Positions 22,559 through 32,117 of a stretch of DNA of 64,000 bases are shown piece by piece. The DNA is from Epithemia pelagica (lineage: Eukaryota; Protista; Bacillariophyta), in NCBI GenBank assembly GCA_946965045.2, contig OX337234.1, positions 1,178,001 to 1,242,000 on the forward strand. The letters run 5' to 3'. Numbering within the stretch: position 1 is the stretch's first letter; each line of letters starts with the position of its first letter. A model generated the notes under the pieces. It was not told the origin of the DNA and made no database searches. It worked only from the letters and a program-made list of their open reading frames with translations. The position numbers were made by a program, and so were the translations under genes.

Positions 22559-25294
22559 TCATAGACCATATGCAGAACGATAAAATTCTGACATGGCGGT
22601 CTTCTTGTTCTGAGCTGCCGGGTCATCGTGAGCGAAAGGGCATCGCTTACCTTTCTTGCATTCACCTTTGGAAAAAAGAAGATTGCAAAAGGCAACTTGT
22701 TTCCCATTCTTGGTAACTGTGGGAATATTCGCGAGAACTTCTCGTGTAAAGACGTCGCGATAGTTTAGATGCGAGGGAAGTTTCCACTCGTCAGGAGAGT
22801 TATAGGTAGCTGGGGTAACAACCTGACGAGAGCGAGAATCGTGAGGATCACGCTTCGAGTCATGTCGTTTGTTTGAGGAGTCAACAAGGGTGTCAGAAGG
22901 AAGAGGACGCTTCTTGTCTCTGGATGATCCATGTTGATCTTCAAATTTGGCCTCAAGATAGTTGGAAAGACGACCGAGAGGGATATTATTCTCTACTGCA
23001 AAGATGATGTAATCAAAATGAGATTCGGTATCTTTGAAGTTGATAGTAGAGAATTCTTGGGGATCATTCAACTGAGCAATAAACCGTTGGAGGCCACGAT
23101 CGATCATGTAGAGAACTTGGGCGAAGAATCTACCGTCGGAGCAAGTTTGGTGATTCCCAATGTAAAGGGATTTGTTGCGATAGTAGTGATTCAAGACTCG
23201 AAGGGTTTGGAGAGCAAGAAAGCATTGATCACCAAAAAGTCCTTTAATCAGACACCAAAAGGAACGTAGCTGAGCCTCAAATTCTGTGTCGAGACGAGGA
23301 AAATGCAAATGATGATCCGAATAGATGCCTTGGAGGTCCACTGTTTTGAAATCATTGATATGGTGAATACTCGCCTCATGAATTTTCTGACGAATTCCGC
23401 GATCAAGAGCATTGGCATTATCGAGTCCTGGAATAGCATGAGGATCGAAAGAAAAGGGGGAGAAGCCGCCGGAGCAAGCTTCATTTTTCCATCGAATGCC
23501 ATATCGTTGAATGATTGGGACTTGTCCGAATATCAAGGAGCAAGGGTTATCCATCGGAGAGAAAACCTCGGCCATCAATGTCTCGTAAAATGTGGTTGTG
23601 TTCTTCAATTTCCAGAGTTTCTTGATGATTGGAGAGAGATCACTTGGCAAGGCGCCGGTAAGAGGAGAGATAGTTGCATATCGAAGGTTATTCTGAAAGA
23701 CACGAGCAATATCTCGGAATAAGCTTTTCGAGTCTGGGGAGCAAATATCGTCGTCATCTTTGGGCTTCTTCTGTAGCGAAGAAAAGGTATCTCGCATCAT
23801 GACAAATTCAGGGGAGACAAAAATAATGTTACCCTCGGAATCAGTCGTCTGGACTTTTCCATTCTGAGAGGAAGCAGAAGAAAAAGGATTGGGAAACGTA
23901 GAGGGTTCTTGGGGTGGCGCACGAAAGGCAGAGGAACGGCTTGAACCAGGTGGAAGGCTGGGAGGGGCTGAAACTGAACGTGCGAATCTTGGAGGGCTAA
24001 AACAAACGGTAGGGAAATTGGCTTTCTTTAGGGAAAGAAAGGCTAACGATGCATCGGTAAAATTCTTCGGGCGAGAGGGAACAAGGGGGTGAAGAAGATG
24101 GGAGCGATGATGAAGAATCCAAAGGAAGCGAAAAACATCTTGCAAAGGTAAGAAAAACTCATGATCATGTGGAATACCTCGTGCAATCTCAGTCAAAGGA
24201 GGATTGGAAATCAGCCAGCGAATGAGAACTTGATGGAAAAGGAATGCACAAGTAGAAGCCACAAGAGGGGTCTCGGTATCAATGGGGAAAGGGAAAAATT
24301 CTTCGGGAGTCTTCGAGGATGGGTCCAAGAACTCGGTCAATGATCCGGAAACAAAAGGGGGAAGAAGAGCAAGGTGTCCGTAATCAAACGTATGATCAGC
24401 ATCATCTGGGAACTGAGAAGCGTGCATGTCTAAAAATCGATGAGGACAGAACTTGAAACGGAAACAAGAGAGATCTTCATCACTTGAGGGAACAGGAATC
24501 ACACAATGTTTTAAAATCTCCGAAAAGGTTGCGACACGTTTCTTCTGAGAGGAAGGAAGAAGCTCTTCAAGGTCATCATTCGGAATGGAAAAAGGAGGGC
24601 AATCGAAGGAGCAACGATCAACAGCGAGGAATTCCAGGGAAGGATGGGTAATCGAACCTGAGCTTGGATTCACCATGAGATTATGAATGAGCAAGGGATC
24701 ACCTCCACGGGAACATCCAAGCAAAGCAATCGCGTTCGACTTCGTCTTCGTGGCAAGCCAAGTGTGAAGGCTATCAAGGTCTTCAAGGTGGAAGAAGGAA
24801 GAGAAAAGGAGCTTCCATTTCTTGGGGTCACGTGAGATTTCCAAATGGAAAGGGTTCACAAAAGAATCACACCAATCAACCGGGGGGGTTGAGGAGATTC
24901 GAGCGAGAGACGAGGTAAACTCGGCCTCATCCTCGGGGGGGAATTCTGGGTGAAGGTAGGAATGAAAGCGACGACTTCCAACATTAGAAGAGGGAGAGGA
25001 AGAGTCGGCGGGATCAACATTACCTCCAGTGGCAAAGCCAGGGTTCGTGGCGGGATCAAGGGGAGGATCCAACAGCGAGGGGTTTTCAATCGAGTCAGCA
25101 TTTCCAACGGAAGGGGTGGGATTCTGGTGAGAAGGAGCCACAGGGTCGTTCGTGAGGTTCGAGGGAGAACGACGATCCGAGTTAGGAAGGTTGAGAAGGG
25201 ACCGCAAGTTTAAGACCGCCTCGTTCACAGAAGGGGAGTGACGAGAGGAGTCTTTTTGAGAGGTGTCCTCGGGAGTCAACTGATTGAAAGTCAT
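22559..25294 (-). CDS. Gag-like ORF1 of the Ngaro element with a C-terminal CCCH zinc finger
   Basis: 911-aa ORF between A1 and the RT ORF; FCNLLFSKGECKKGKRCPFAH. Confidence 0.8.
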   Translation of the reverse strand: MTFNQLTPEDTSQKDSSRHSPSVNEAVLNLRSLLNLPNSDRRSPSNLTNDPVAPSHQNPTPSVGNADSIENPSLLDPPLDPATNPGFATGGNVDPADSSSPSSNVGSRRFHSYLHPEFPPEDEAEFTSSLARISSTPPVDWCDSFVNPFHLEISRDPKKWKLLFSSFFHLEDLDSLHTWLATKTKSNAIALLGCSRGGDPLLIHNLMVNPSSGSITHPSLEFLAVDRCSFDCPPFSIPNDDLEELLPSSQKKRVATFSEILKHCVIPVPSSDEDLSCFRFKFCPHRFLDMHASQFPDDADHTFDYGHLALLPPFVSGSLTEFLDPSSKTPEEFFPFPIDTETPLVASTCAFLFHQVLIRWLISNPPLTEIARGIPHDHEFFLPLQDVFRFLWILHHRSHLLHPLVPSRPKNFTDASLAFLSLKKANFPTVCFSPPRFARSVSAPPSLPPGSSRSSAFRAPPQEPSTFPNPFSSASSQNGKVQTTDSEGNIIFVSPEFVMMRDTFSSLQKKPKDDDDICSPDSKSLFRDIARVFQNNLRYATISPLTGALPSDLSPIIKKLWKLKNTTTFYETLMAEVFSPMDNPCSLIFGQVPIIQRYGIRWKNEACSGGFSPFSFDPHAIPGLDNANALDRGIRQKIHEASIHHINDFKTVDLQGIYSDHHLHFPRLDTEFEAQLRSFWCLIKGLFGDQCFLALQTLRVLNHYYRNKSLYIGNHQTCSDGRFFAQVLYMIDRGLQRFIAQLNDPQEFSTINFKDTESHFDYIIFAVENNIPLGRLSNYLEAKFEDQHGSSRDKKRPLPSDTLVDSSNKRHDSKRDPHDSRSRQVVTPATYNSPDEWKLPSHLNYRDVFTREVLANIPTVTKNGKQVAFCNLLFSKGECKKGKRCPFAHDDPAAQNKKTAMSEFYRSAYGL

Positions 25295-25495
25295 AGTAAG
25301 AAAGGCAACAAAGTAGAGAGCTTTTAGAACTGTCTATGTCTAGGGGACCTTCAAGGGATGTCGATGCTTGCGAAGGAGCTCGATCCGAGAAGAGTGTGCT
25401 CCTCTCGTCAGCTACCTTGGGAGTGGACATTCGTGAGCGCGGTCATTTTGTGCACGCGTACCGAGACGATGGACGGCAGCTGGCTAAGCGACTTC

Positions 25496-25652
25496 TGTCT
25501 TATTCGGGTCGATACGTCATTCGGGACTCAATTCATTGGGAATGGAACGGTCATTACCGTTTACCGGCTCACTTGTTTTCATGCGTTGAATGTAGTATAA
25601 GATCTTATCTTAGTCTTTCTTCTACGAGGATTCTATCGGTGGAAATAAGACA
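25496..25652 (+). repeat. Copia 5' LTR
   Basis: TG...CA ends, followed by a PBS-like GTTTATCAGACCC. Confidence 0.95.
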
Positions 25653-25681
25653 GTTTATCAGACCCATCGTCTGTTTGAACT

Positions 25682-28600
25682 TTGAAGGCTAAGAGAATGA
25701 CTACATCAACGCGAGCGAGCACGAAAGCGGCTGCTGCGGCGGCCGAAGGAGGTGGAACTGGTAGGGGAAGTGGAAATCCCGGAGTCTCGGAAAGTGGAGA
25801 TCGTACCTCACGCCAAAACGTGGGACCGACCTCTGCAACCGGCACTCGTGTCGGGGGTGACCCACCGCCGGGACGTACCTTTCGTACACCCGGCGTGGGG
25901 ACCGCGGCCGGTACAGCTGCGGGGGGAGTGGCTCCTGGGATGGGTGTACCGGGTGGTGCACCTGGGACGGGCGGAGGTTCTGCTGGAGCAGGCACCGCTA
26001 GAATCGGAGGCGCCGGCGTCGGAGCCGGTGCAGGAGGCGGAGGAGCACCAGGCGATGGTGCTGGTGGCGGCGCCGGAGGAGGCGCTGGAGGTGGAGGCGC
26101 TGGAGGTGGAGGCGCTGGAGGTGGAGGCGCCGGTGGCGGAGGCGCAGGAGGTGCCGGTGGAGGAGGAGGCGCTGGAGGAGGAGGAGGAGGCGGAGCGGTA
26201 CCTCCAGGCGTTCCTCCTCCCCCTCCACCTTTGTCCGCTGTGGGTCTGGCCCTCACGACTTGTGGGGCCAATCCCTACGAGATTTATGCGCTTGAGCATA
26301 CTGAAAGACTTAATACTATAGAAGCTTTCGGAAGAATGACCTCGGACGATGTGACGAGCCTCGTGTCACGCCTCGAGAAGCGCCCTTATCCACATAACGT
26401 TGCCATCCCGACGAGTGTCGTGAAGAACATCCAGGGACTCTGCTTTTGGTCAGCGCGAGCACGTCGTCAAGGACGTCGCCTTAATTATGGTGACTTCGAT
26501 CAGGACGCCCTTTCGGAATCACTGGACGCAATGGAAATACAGGCCGAGAAGACGACGTCACCTGATATCAAGCCTTCAGCCCTCAAGGAAGAAGACTGGG
26601 AGGATTGGTCGCAGGAGTTCCCGACTTATCTGTCCCATATCCTTGGAAAACAGAAAGCCCCCCTTGACTATGTGATCCGCCCCGACCTAGATCCCTCCCA
26701 CGTGTTTGCTAGCACTCGGGAACAAGAGTTGTATAGCTACCCACTAGGAGGCCCGTATTATAGGGAAGACAACAAGGAAGTTTTCCGTCTCTTAAGCGAC
26801 CTCGTCAAGGACCAACCTGCCACTTGGATACAGCCATTTCAGGCTTCCCAAGATGGCAGACGTGCATGGCTTGCACTCGTAGACCACTTTGATGGGGGCG
26901 GCCAGAAGGAGAAACGGATTTCACGAGCAGAAGCCGTCCTAGAAAGTATCTTCTACCAGAATGAACGAGTCTTTAGTTTTGACGCTTATTCGGCTCGACT
27001 ACTACGTGCATTCCGCACTCTCGAGAACACACCGAATCGCCGCATGCCCTCAAACCAAGTTCGGATCCTATTGGAGAATATCAAGATCGCATCCGCCGAA
27101 TTCGCCGTGATCAAGGGCCACGTTCGGACCAATTACAGGTCTGATCTCCATGGTGCTATCGCGTATATTTCCCGCGAAATTTCAGAGTTGTTTCCCGATA
27201 CCAGTGTCAACAACCGTCGAAATCAGGGCCGCCATCGCTTCGTGTCAGAAGCCGCCTCACAACAGGCACCGGCATCCAATCGCCCACGCAACTTTGCAGG
27301 TCTATCCCATAACAATGGGATTTATACTTTCTTTGGGGTCGACGTCACTGACGTCACACGACGGTTCTCGTCTCAGGAGATGGTCACACTTGGCCCACAA
27401 GGCCAAGCATATGTGCACCAGGAACGCGCTCGGATCCGCGGCGGGGGCCGTGGCGGTGCTGGACGTGGTTTCGGCGGCCGGGGACGTGGTGGTCGTGGTG
27501 GTGGCGCTGGCGGACGCAACATCCAAGAAATTCAAACCGCCGATCAGTCGATCGTCACGGACATTACCAGTAACGACCAAGGGGAACGGTCGGAAGCAGG
27601 CACGAACAACGGGGACCGGGGAAGTACGAATGGACGCCGATTCGGCAACGGGGCATACGGGAACGACGAAAATGGCTCAACCACGGGGGGTAGTCGAAGC
27701 GGACGTGTGTCGGTCGTGAATTGCGGGCCGCAACGTCGTGTCGGCAAGGTCGAGAAAGGTTGGTTGTTGGATGAAGAGACTGAAGGGAAAACAGGGAACA
27801 ATGAGATGGACACGATGGCAGATACATGTTGCGCGGGTAGGAATTGGAAACTCATCGAGACGACCGGCATGGAGTGCACGGTAAACGACTTCGCAGGGAA
27901 TCAAGTTGGAAAGGCATCGGTACCGGTTGCCACGTGTGCCACTGTCGTCCGGGAAGAGAAGTCAGGGCTTGAGGTCGTCCTGATCGGACACCAAATGCTG
28001 TGGTTTGGAAATAGGTTAGATAAATCACTCTTAAATCAGAACCAGATCCGGCACGCAGGGCACGACTTACGTGACGACCCGACCAAGATGAACGAAGGTT
28101 TTGGAATCTGGGCCGAGGGAATGCACATCCCGTTCAAGATCAATGGTACAACGGTGTATTTTGAGTCGAGGGCGCCCAGTGCACAAGATATGGAACGTCT
28201 CCCCTCCATCACGATCACAAGACAGGAAATGTGGGACCCGCAGAATGTCGACTTGACACAGATGGATTCGACACCACACGGCGAGTCATACGGAATTGGT
28301 GCGGCAGAAATTGGACACGTGTCATCCCTTCTCACGCCCGATGGGATTTCTTCCAAGCTATCGAGCATTCCACGAGTCCGCCAGGTCGAGAGCTCGCGAC
28401 ACTCTGCAGTTACTGCTGAAACGATCAGTCGCAAATGGAAGATCGGGTTGGACTCGGCACGGGCGACCCTCCGAGTGACCACCCAACAAGGAATCCGCAC
28501 GGCGGTTTCACCGATTACACGACGATACCGTGTTGATAATCTCGCCTTGCACCGGAACCGACTACAAGCCAGAATGTACACAGACACATTGTTCTCGAAG

Positions 28601-31600
28601 ACCTTGTCCTTATCAGGTAACAAGTGTGCACAGGTGTTTACAGACGGACAGTTCACTGCTGTTTATCCTCTAGCTAGCAAAGCTCAAGTCGGTCAGGCAT
28701 TGTCTCAGTTTATCGACGAAGTCGGGATTCCCGATCGTCTCACGGCAGACCTTGCTGGCGAGCAAACAGGTAGCTCTACCCTGTTCCAGAAACTGGTGCG
28801 GGTTCACCGTATCGACATGCAATGGGCCGAGAAACACACGGGCAAACAGAACCACAAGGCAGAGAGGGAGATTGGCCTTCTAAAACAACGATGGCAGCGT
28901 CGCATGGCCGAGAGTAACGTGCCAAAGCGACTTTGGGACTTCGGACTTGTCTACGAGGCCGGCATTCTCAGCCGAGTCGCCCGGGGACACGATGGCCGAT
29001 CTGGCATAGAACGACTCGCCGGAGAGACGCCCGATATTTCTGAGTGGATTGACTTTTCCTTTTACGACCTCGTTTGGTATCACAATAATGTGAAAGTTGA
29101 CGCGACAGAGGATCCAGTGCAACTCGGCAGATGGTTGGGCATTGCTCACCGCATAGGATCGGACCTCTGCTACTGGATTTTAACCAAAGCGGGCAAGGTC
29201 ATAGCAAGAACCACCGTGCAACACGTTACCGACGACGACATGACGAAACCGGATGTGGCAGAGCGCGTAAGACAATTCACGTTGATTGTTGAGGAGCGAC
29301 TGAATGATAGTGGGTTCACAGACGAAAACGGAAACGGACCAGGATTCTTGGAAGATGTTGACTTGGTGGAGGAAGAACGGGGACGTGCGGGCATAGTACC
29401 CACCGACGAGGAATATGGTGACATGGTCGTGACGGAACGGCCAGACGCCGATGAATACGGGGACGGATACGACGAGTACATTGGGGCCCAAGTCCGCGTG
29501 GAAGACGGCGGTGAGGGGTTGCTGGGAACAGTAACAAAGAGGCAAAAGGGTTTAGATGGGAAACCATTGGGCAAGGCCAACCGAAACTCGATATTTGACA
29601 CACGTACGTATGAAGTTAGTTTCCCTGGCGGTGTCATACACGAGTACACCGCCAACATGGTGGCGGAGAATCTGTTCTCAAGGTTGGATAATGAAGGGAA
29701 AAGACACGTCGTCATCACGGAAGTGGTTGGACACAGAAGAAACGGGGACGCCGTTGCCAAGGATGACGGCTATCACTACTCGTCCAATGGGAATAAACAT
29801 CCTCGTCGGACAACGAAAGGATGGGAGATAGCGGTGGAATGTCGAGACGGAAATCAAATTTGGGTACCGCTACGAGAAGCGAAGGAAGGATACCCCGTGG
29901 AGTTGGCGGAATACGCGGTCGCGCATGGAATAGCCGACGAACCGGCATTCAAGTGGTGGGTACCACAGACCATTAACCATCTGCGACGACTGGTCAAGAA
30001 GGTAAAGAAGAAATATTGGAAAACGACTCACAAGTACGGGATCAAGCTACCACATTCGGTCGAGGAGGCCCTCAAGATAGACGAGCTAACAGGAACGGAC
30101 TTTTGGCGGAAGGCGATCGATAAAGAACTGAAGGTAGTAAAGGTAGCATGGGAAGCTAGAGAAGACCTAGACATTAACGAGGTGAGAGCCGGGCGACAGC
30201 TCATCGGATACACGGAAATAAAGTGCCATATGGTTTTCGACGTGAAAATGGACTTAACAAGGAAAGCACGGCTGGTGGCTGGGGGCCATATGACCGATGC
30301 GCCTGCCAGTCTTACTTACTCAAGCGTCGTGAGCCGAGACTCTATCAGAATTGCGTTCTTGATAGCCTCACTCAACGGGCTCAAGGTACTAGCGTGCGAT
30401 ATTGGCAATGCGTATCTTAACGCACCTTGCCGAGAGAAGATTTGGTTCCGTGGTGGGCCCGAGGTGGGGCACGAGTGTGAAGGGAAAGTTTGCGTCATGG
30501 AGCGAGCTCTATACGGGTTGAAGTCCTCGGGCGCTAGCTGGAGAGCCACTCTAATGATGACCTTGTACGACATGGGGTTCGTGGATACGCAGGCCGACGC
30601 ATGTGTCTTGCGGCGCAAGAGGAAGAAGGAAACTGGAGAGGAGTACTACGAACTCATCCTCGTGTACGTAGACGATATCCTATTGGTAAGCCACGAACCA
30701 CAACCCGTGCTGGACGAGATTGATAAGCACTATAAGATTAAGGCCGGCAGCACAGGGGAGCCAACGATCTACCTCGGCGCACAAATTTACAAGCATAACC
30801 TGCCAAACGGTTCATGGGCTTGGGGGATGACCAGTGAGAAATACGTCACGAACGCCGTCCGTATCGTCGAAGAATTGTTGAAAGAGGATGGACAGGGCAA
30901 ACATCTAAAGACAACGGCTCGAGTACCCGTGGTATCATCTTACAAACCGGAAACGGACGTTAGCCCTGAGCTTGAGCCGAGGCTGACGTCGCGCTATCAA
31001 CAGTTGATTGGCATATTGAGGTGGGCCGTTGAATTGGGCCGCGTGGACATCTACTTGGAAGTGTCATTGCTGTCACAGTATTTGGCGAACCCACGAGTCG
31101 GTCACCTGGACGCCGCGTATCACATTTTCGCATTCTTGAAGACCCACCCGAAGTTGAAGATTGTATTCGATCCAAAAGACGTCGTATTGGACGAGCAATG
31201 CTTCGCGCAGGTGGCCGTAGACGCTTGGAAGGAATTCTACGGGGACGTCGTTGAAGAGATTCCCACAAGTATGCCTGAACCACTGGGCAAGCCGATATCC
31301 ATGACGTGTTTCGTCGACGCCGATCATGCGGGAAACCTGGTCACTCGACGGTCCCATACTGGGATCATTATCTTTCTTCAGAACGCGCCGATTCTTTGGT
31401 ACTCCAAGCGCCAGAATACAGTGGAGACATCTAGCTTCGGTAGCGAATTCGTGGCACTCCGTATCGCGAAGGAAATGATCGTGGGACTCCGATACAAACT
31501 CCGTATGTTTGGCGTGCCCATTGTCGGACCGGCCAGTGTCCTGTGCGACAATCGTGGTGTTGTCAAGAATACCAGCTTGCCAGCTTCTATCCTGAACAAA

Positions 31601-31825
31601 CGACACAACGCGATCAATTACCATTCTGTCCGCGAGGCAGTGGCAGCTTCGATCATCCGCGTGGGGAAGGAAGACACCGAGTCCAACATTGCCGATTTGT
31701 TTACCAAGATTCTCCCACAAGATCGCCGGAATGCACTCATTTCACAGTTTACGTATTCTTCTGCTTTCGGACCCGGCGGTCCCCCCAGTATTCCTACCGC
31801 TGGCACCAATCCGGCCCTATTGTAA
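25682..31825 (+). CDS. Copia gag-pol polyprotein (probable ATG at 25697)
   Basis: Gly/Ala-rich N-terminus, gag (WEDW...APLDYVIR), protease EMDTMADTCCAG, integrase (DTLFS, NHKAEREIG, LWDF), RT (DIGNAYLNA, YVDDIL), RNase H (FVDADHAG, SEFVAL, CDN, NIADLFTK); integrase precedes RT, the copia order. Confidence 0.96.
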   Translation: MKAKRMTTSTRASTKAAAAAAEGGGTGRGSGNPGVSESGDRTSRQNVGPTSATGTRVGGDPPPGRTFRTPGVGTAAGTAAGGVAPGMGVPGGAPGTGGGSAGAGTARIGGAGVGAGAGGGGAPGDGAGGGAGGGAGGGGAGGGGAGGGGAGGGGAGGAGGGGGAGGGGGGGAVPPGVPPPPPPLSAVGLALTTCGANPYEIYALEHTERLNTIEAFGRMTSDDVTSLVSRLEKRPYPHNVAIPTSVVKNIQGLCFWSARARRQGRRLNYGDFDQDALSESLDAMEIQAEKTTSPDIKPSALKEEDWEDWSQEFPTYLSHILGKQKAPLDYVIRPDLDPSHVFASTREQELYSYPLGGPYYREDNKEVFRLLSDLVKDQPATWIQPFQASQDGRRAWLALVDHFDGGGQKEKRISRAEAVLESIFYQNERVFSFDAYSARLLRAFRTLENTPNRRMPSNQVRILLENIKIASAEFAVIKGHVRTNYRSDLHGAIAYISREISELFPDTSVNNRRNQGRHRFVSEAASQQAPASNRPRNFAGLSHNNGIYTFFGVDVTDVTRRFSSQEMVTLGPQGQAYVHQERARIRGGGRGGAGRGFGGRGRGGRGGGAGGRNIQEIQTADQSIVTDITSNDQGERSEAGTNNGDRGSTNGRRFGNGAYGNDENGSTTGGSRSGRVSVVNCGPQRRVGKVEKGWLLDEETEGKTGNNEMDTMADTCCAGRNWKLIETTGMECTVNDFAGNQVGKASVPVATCATVVREEKSGLEVVLIGHQMLWFGNRLDKSLLNQNQIRHAGHDLRDDPTKMNEGFGIWAEGMHIPFKINGTTVYFESRAPSAQDMERLPSITITRQEMWDPQNVDLTQMDSTPHGESYGIGAAEIGHVSSLLTPDGISSKLSSIPRVRQVESSRHSAVTAETISRKWKIGLDSARATLRVTTQQGIRTAVSPITRRYRVDNLALHRNRLQARMYTDTLFSKTLSLSGNKCAQVFTDGQFTAVYPLASKAQVGQALSQFIDEVGIPDRLTADLAGEQTGSSTLFQKLVRVHRIDMQWAEKHTGKQNHKAEREIGLLKQRWQRRMAESNVPKRLWDFGLVYEAGILSRVARGHDGRSGIERLAGETPDISEWIDFSFYDLVWYHNNVKVDATEDPVQLGRWLGIAHRIGSDLCYWILTKAGKVIARTTVQHVTDDDMTKPDVAERVRQFTLIVEERLNDSGFTDENGNGPGFLEDVDLVEEERGRAGIVPTDEEYGDMVVTERPDADEYGDGYDEYIGAQVRVEDGGEGLLGTVTKRQKGLDGKPLGKANRNSIFDTRTYEVSFPGGVIHEYTANMVAENLFSRLDNEGKRHVVITEVVGHRRNGDAVAKDDGYHYSSNGNKHPRRTTKGWEIAVECRDGNQIWVPLREAKEGYPVELAEYAVAHGIADEPAFKWWVPQTINHLRRLVKKVKKKYWKTTHKYGIKLPHSVEEALKIDELTGTDFWRKAIDKELKVVKVAWEAREDLDINEVRAGRQLIGYTEIKCHMVFDVKMDLTRKARLVAGGHMTDAPASLTYSSVVSRDSIRIAFLIASLNGLKVLACDIGNAYLNAPCREKIWFRGGPEVGHECEGKVCVMERALYGLKSSGASWRATLMMTLYDMGFVDTQADACVLRRKRKKETGEEYYELILVYVDDILLVSHEPQPVLDEIDKHYKIKAGSTGEPTIYLGAQIYKHNLPNGSWAWGMTSEKYVTNAVRIVEELLKEDGQGKHLKTTARVPVVSSYKPETDVSPELEPRLTSRYQQLIGILRWAVELGRVDIYLEVSLLSQYLANPRVGHLDAAYHIFAFLKTHPKLKIVFDPKDVVLDEQCFAQVAVDAWKEFYGDVVEEIPTSMPEPLGKPISMTCFVDADHAGNLVTRRSHTGIIIFLQNAPILWYSKRQNTVETSSFGSEFVALRIAKEMIVGLRYKLRMFGVPIVGPASVLCDNRGVVKNTSLPASILNKRHNAINYHSVREAVAASIIRVGKEDTESNIADLFTKILPQDRRNALISQFTYSSAFGPGGPPSIPTAGTNPALL

Positions 31826-31868
31826 TTCTCAAGTCCTCAGTACTCGGCACTGTCGCACTTGCGGGGAC

Positions 31869-32025
31869 TGTCTTATTCGGGTCGATACGTCATTCGGGAC
31901 TCAATTCATTGGGAATGGAACGGTCATTACCGTTTACCGGCTCACTTGTTTTCATGCGTTGAATGTAGTATAAGATCTTATCTTAGTCTTTCTTTTACGA
32001 GGATTCTATCGGTGGAAATAAGACA
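31869..32025 (+). repeat. Copia 3' LTR
   Basis: Preceded by a short purine tract GCGGGGA; 156/157 identical to the 5' LTR. Confidence 0.95.
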
Positions 32026-32117
32026 CTTCCTCCGCGACCCGACAACCCAGTACAAACAAAAGCAAGACCAGGAACTATAAGGTAGGACTCGACCACCAAG
32101 GTCGAGCAACCTTCACC

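Larger units (their letters stand above)
25496..32025 (+). mobile_element. Full-length Ty1/copia LTR retrotransposon (CoDi-like)
   Basis: 157-bp LTRs TGTCTTATT...AATAAGACA at 25496-25652 and 31869-32025 with one mismatch; CTTC duplicated at the flanks; single gag-pol ORF. Confidence 0.95.
17654..32058 (-). mobile_element. Ngaro-type (DIRS order) tyrosine-recombinase retrotransposon, including the nested copia
   Basis: Split direct repeats in element order A1 (25322-25495 plus 32026-32058), ORFs, B1 (18058-18249), A2 (17864-18067), B2 (17654-17847); gag, RT/RH and YR ORFs. Confidence 0.9.

Noticed and set aside
25633-26271. Proline-rich, formin/extensin-like ORF
   Set aside because: Antisense shadow of the Gly-rich N-terminus of the copia gag.
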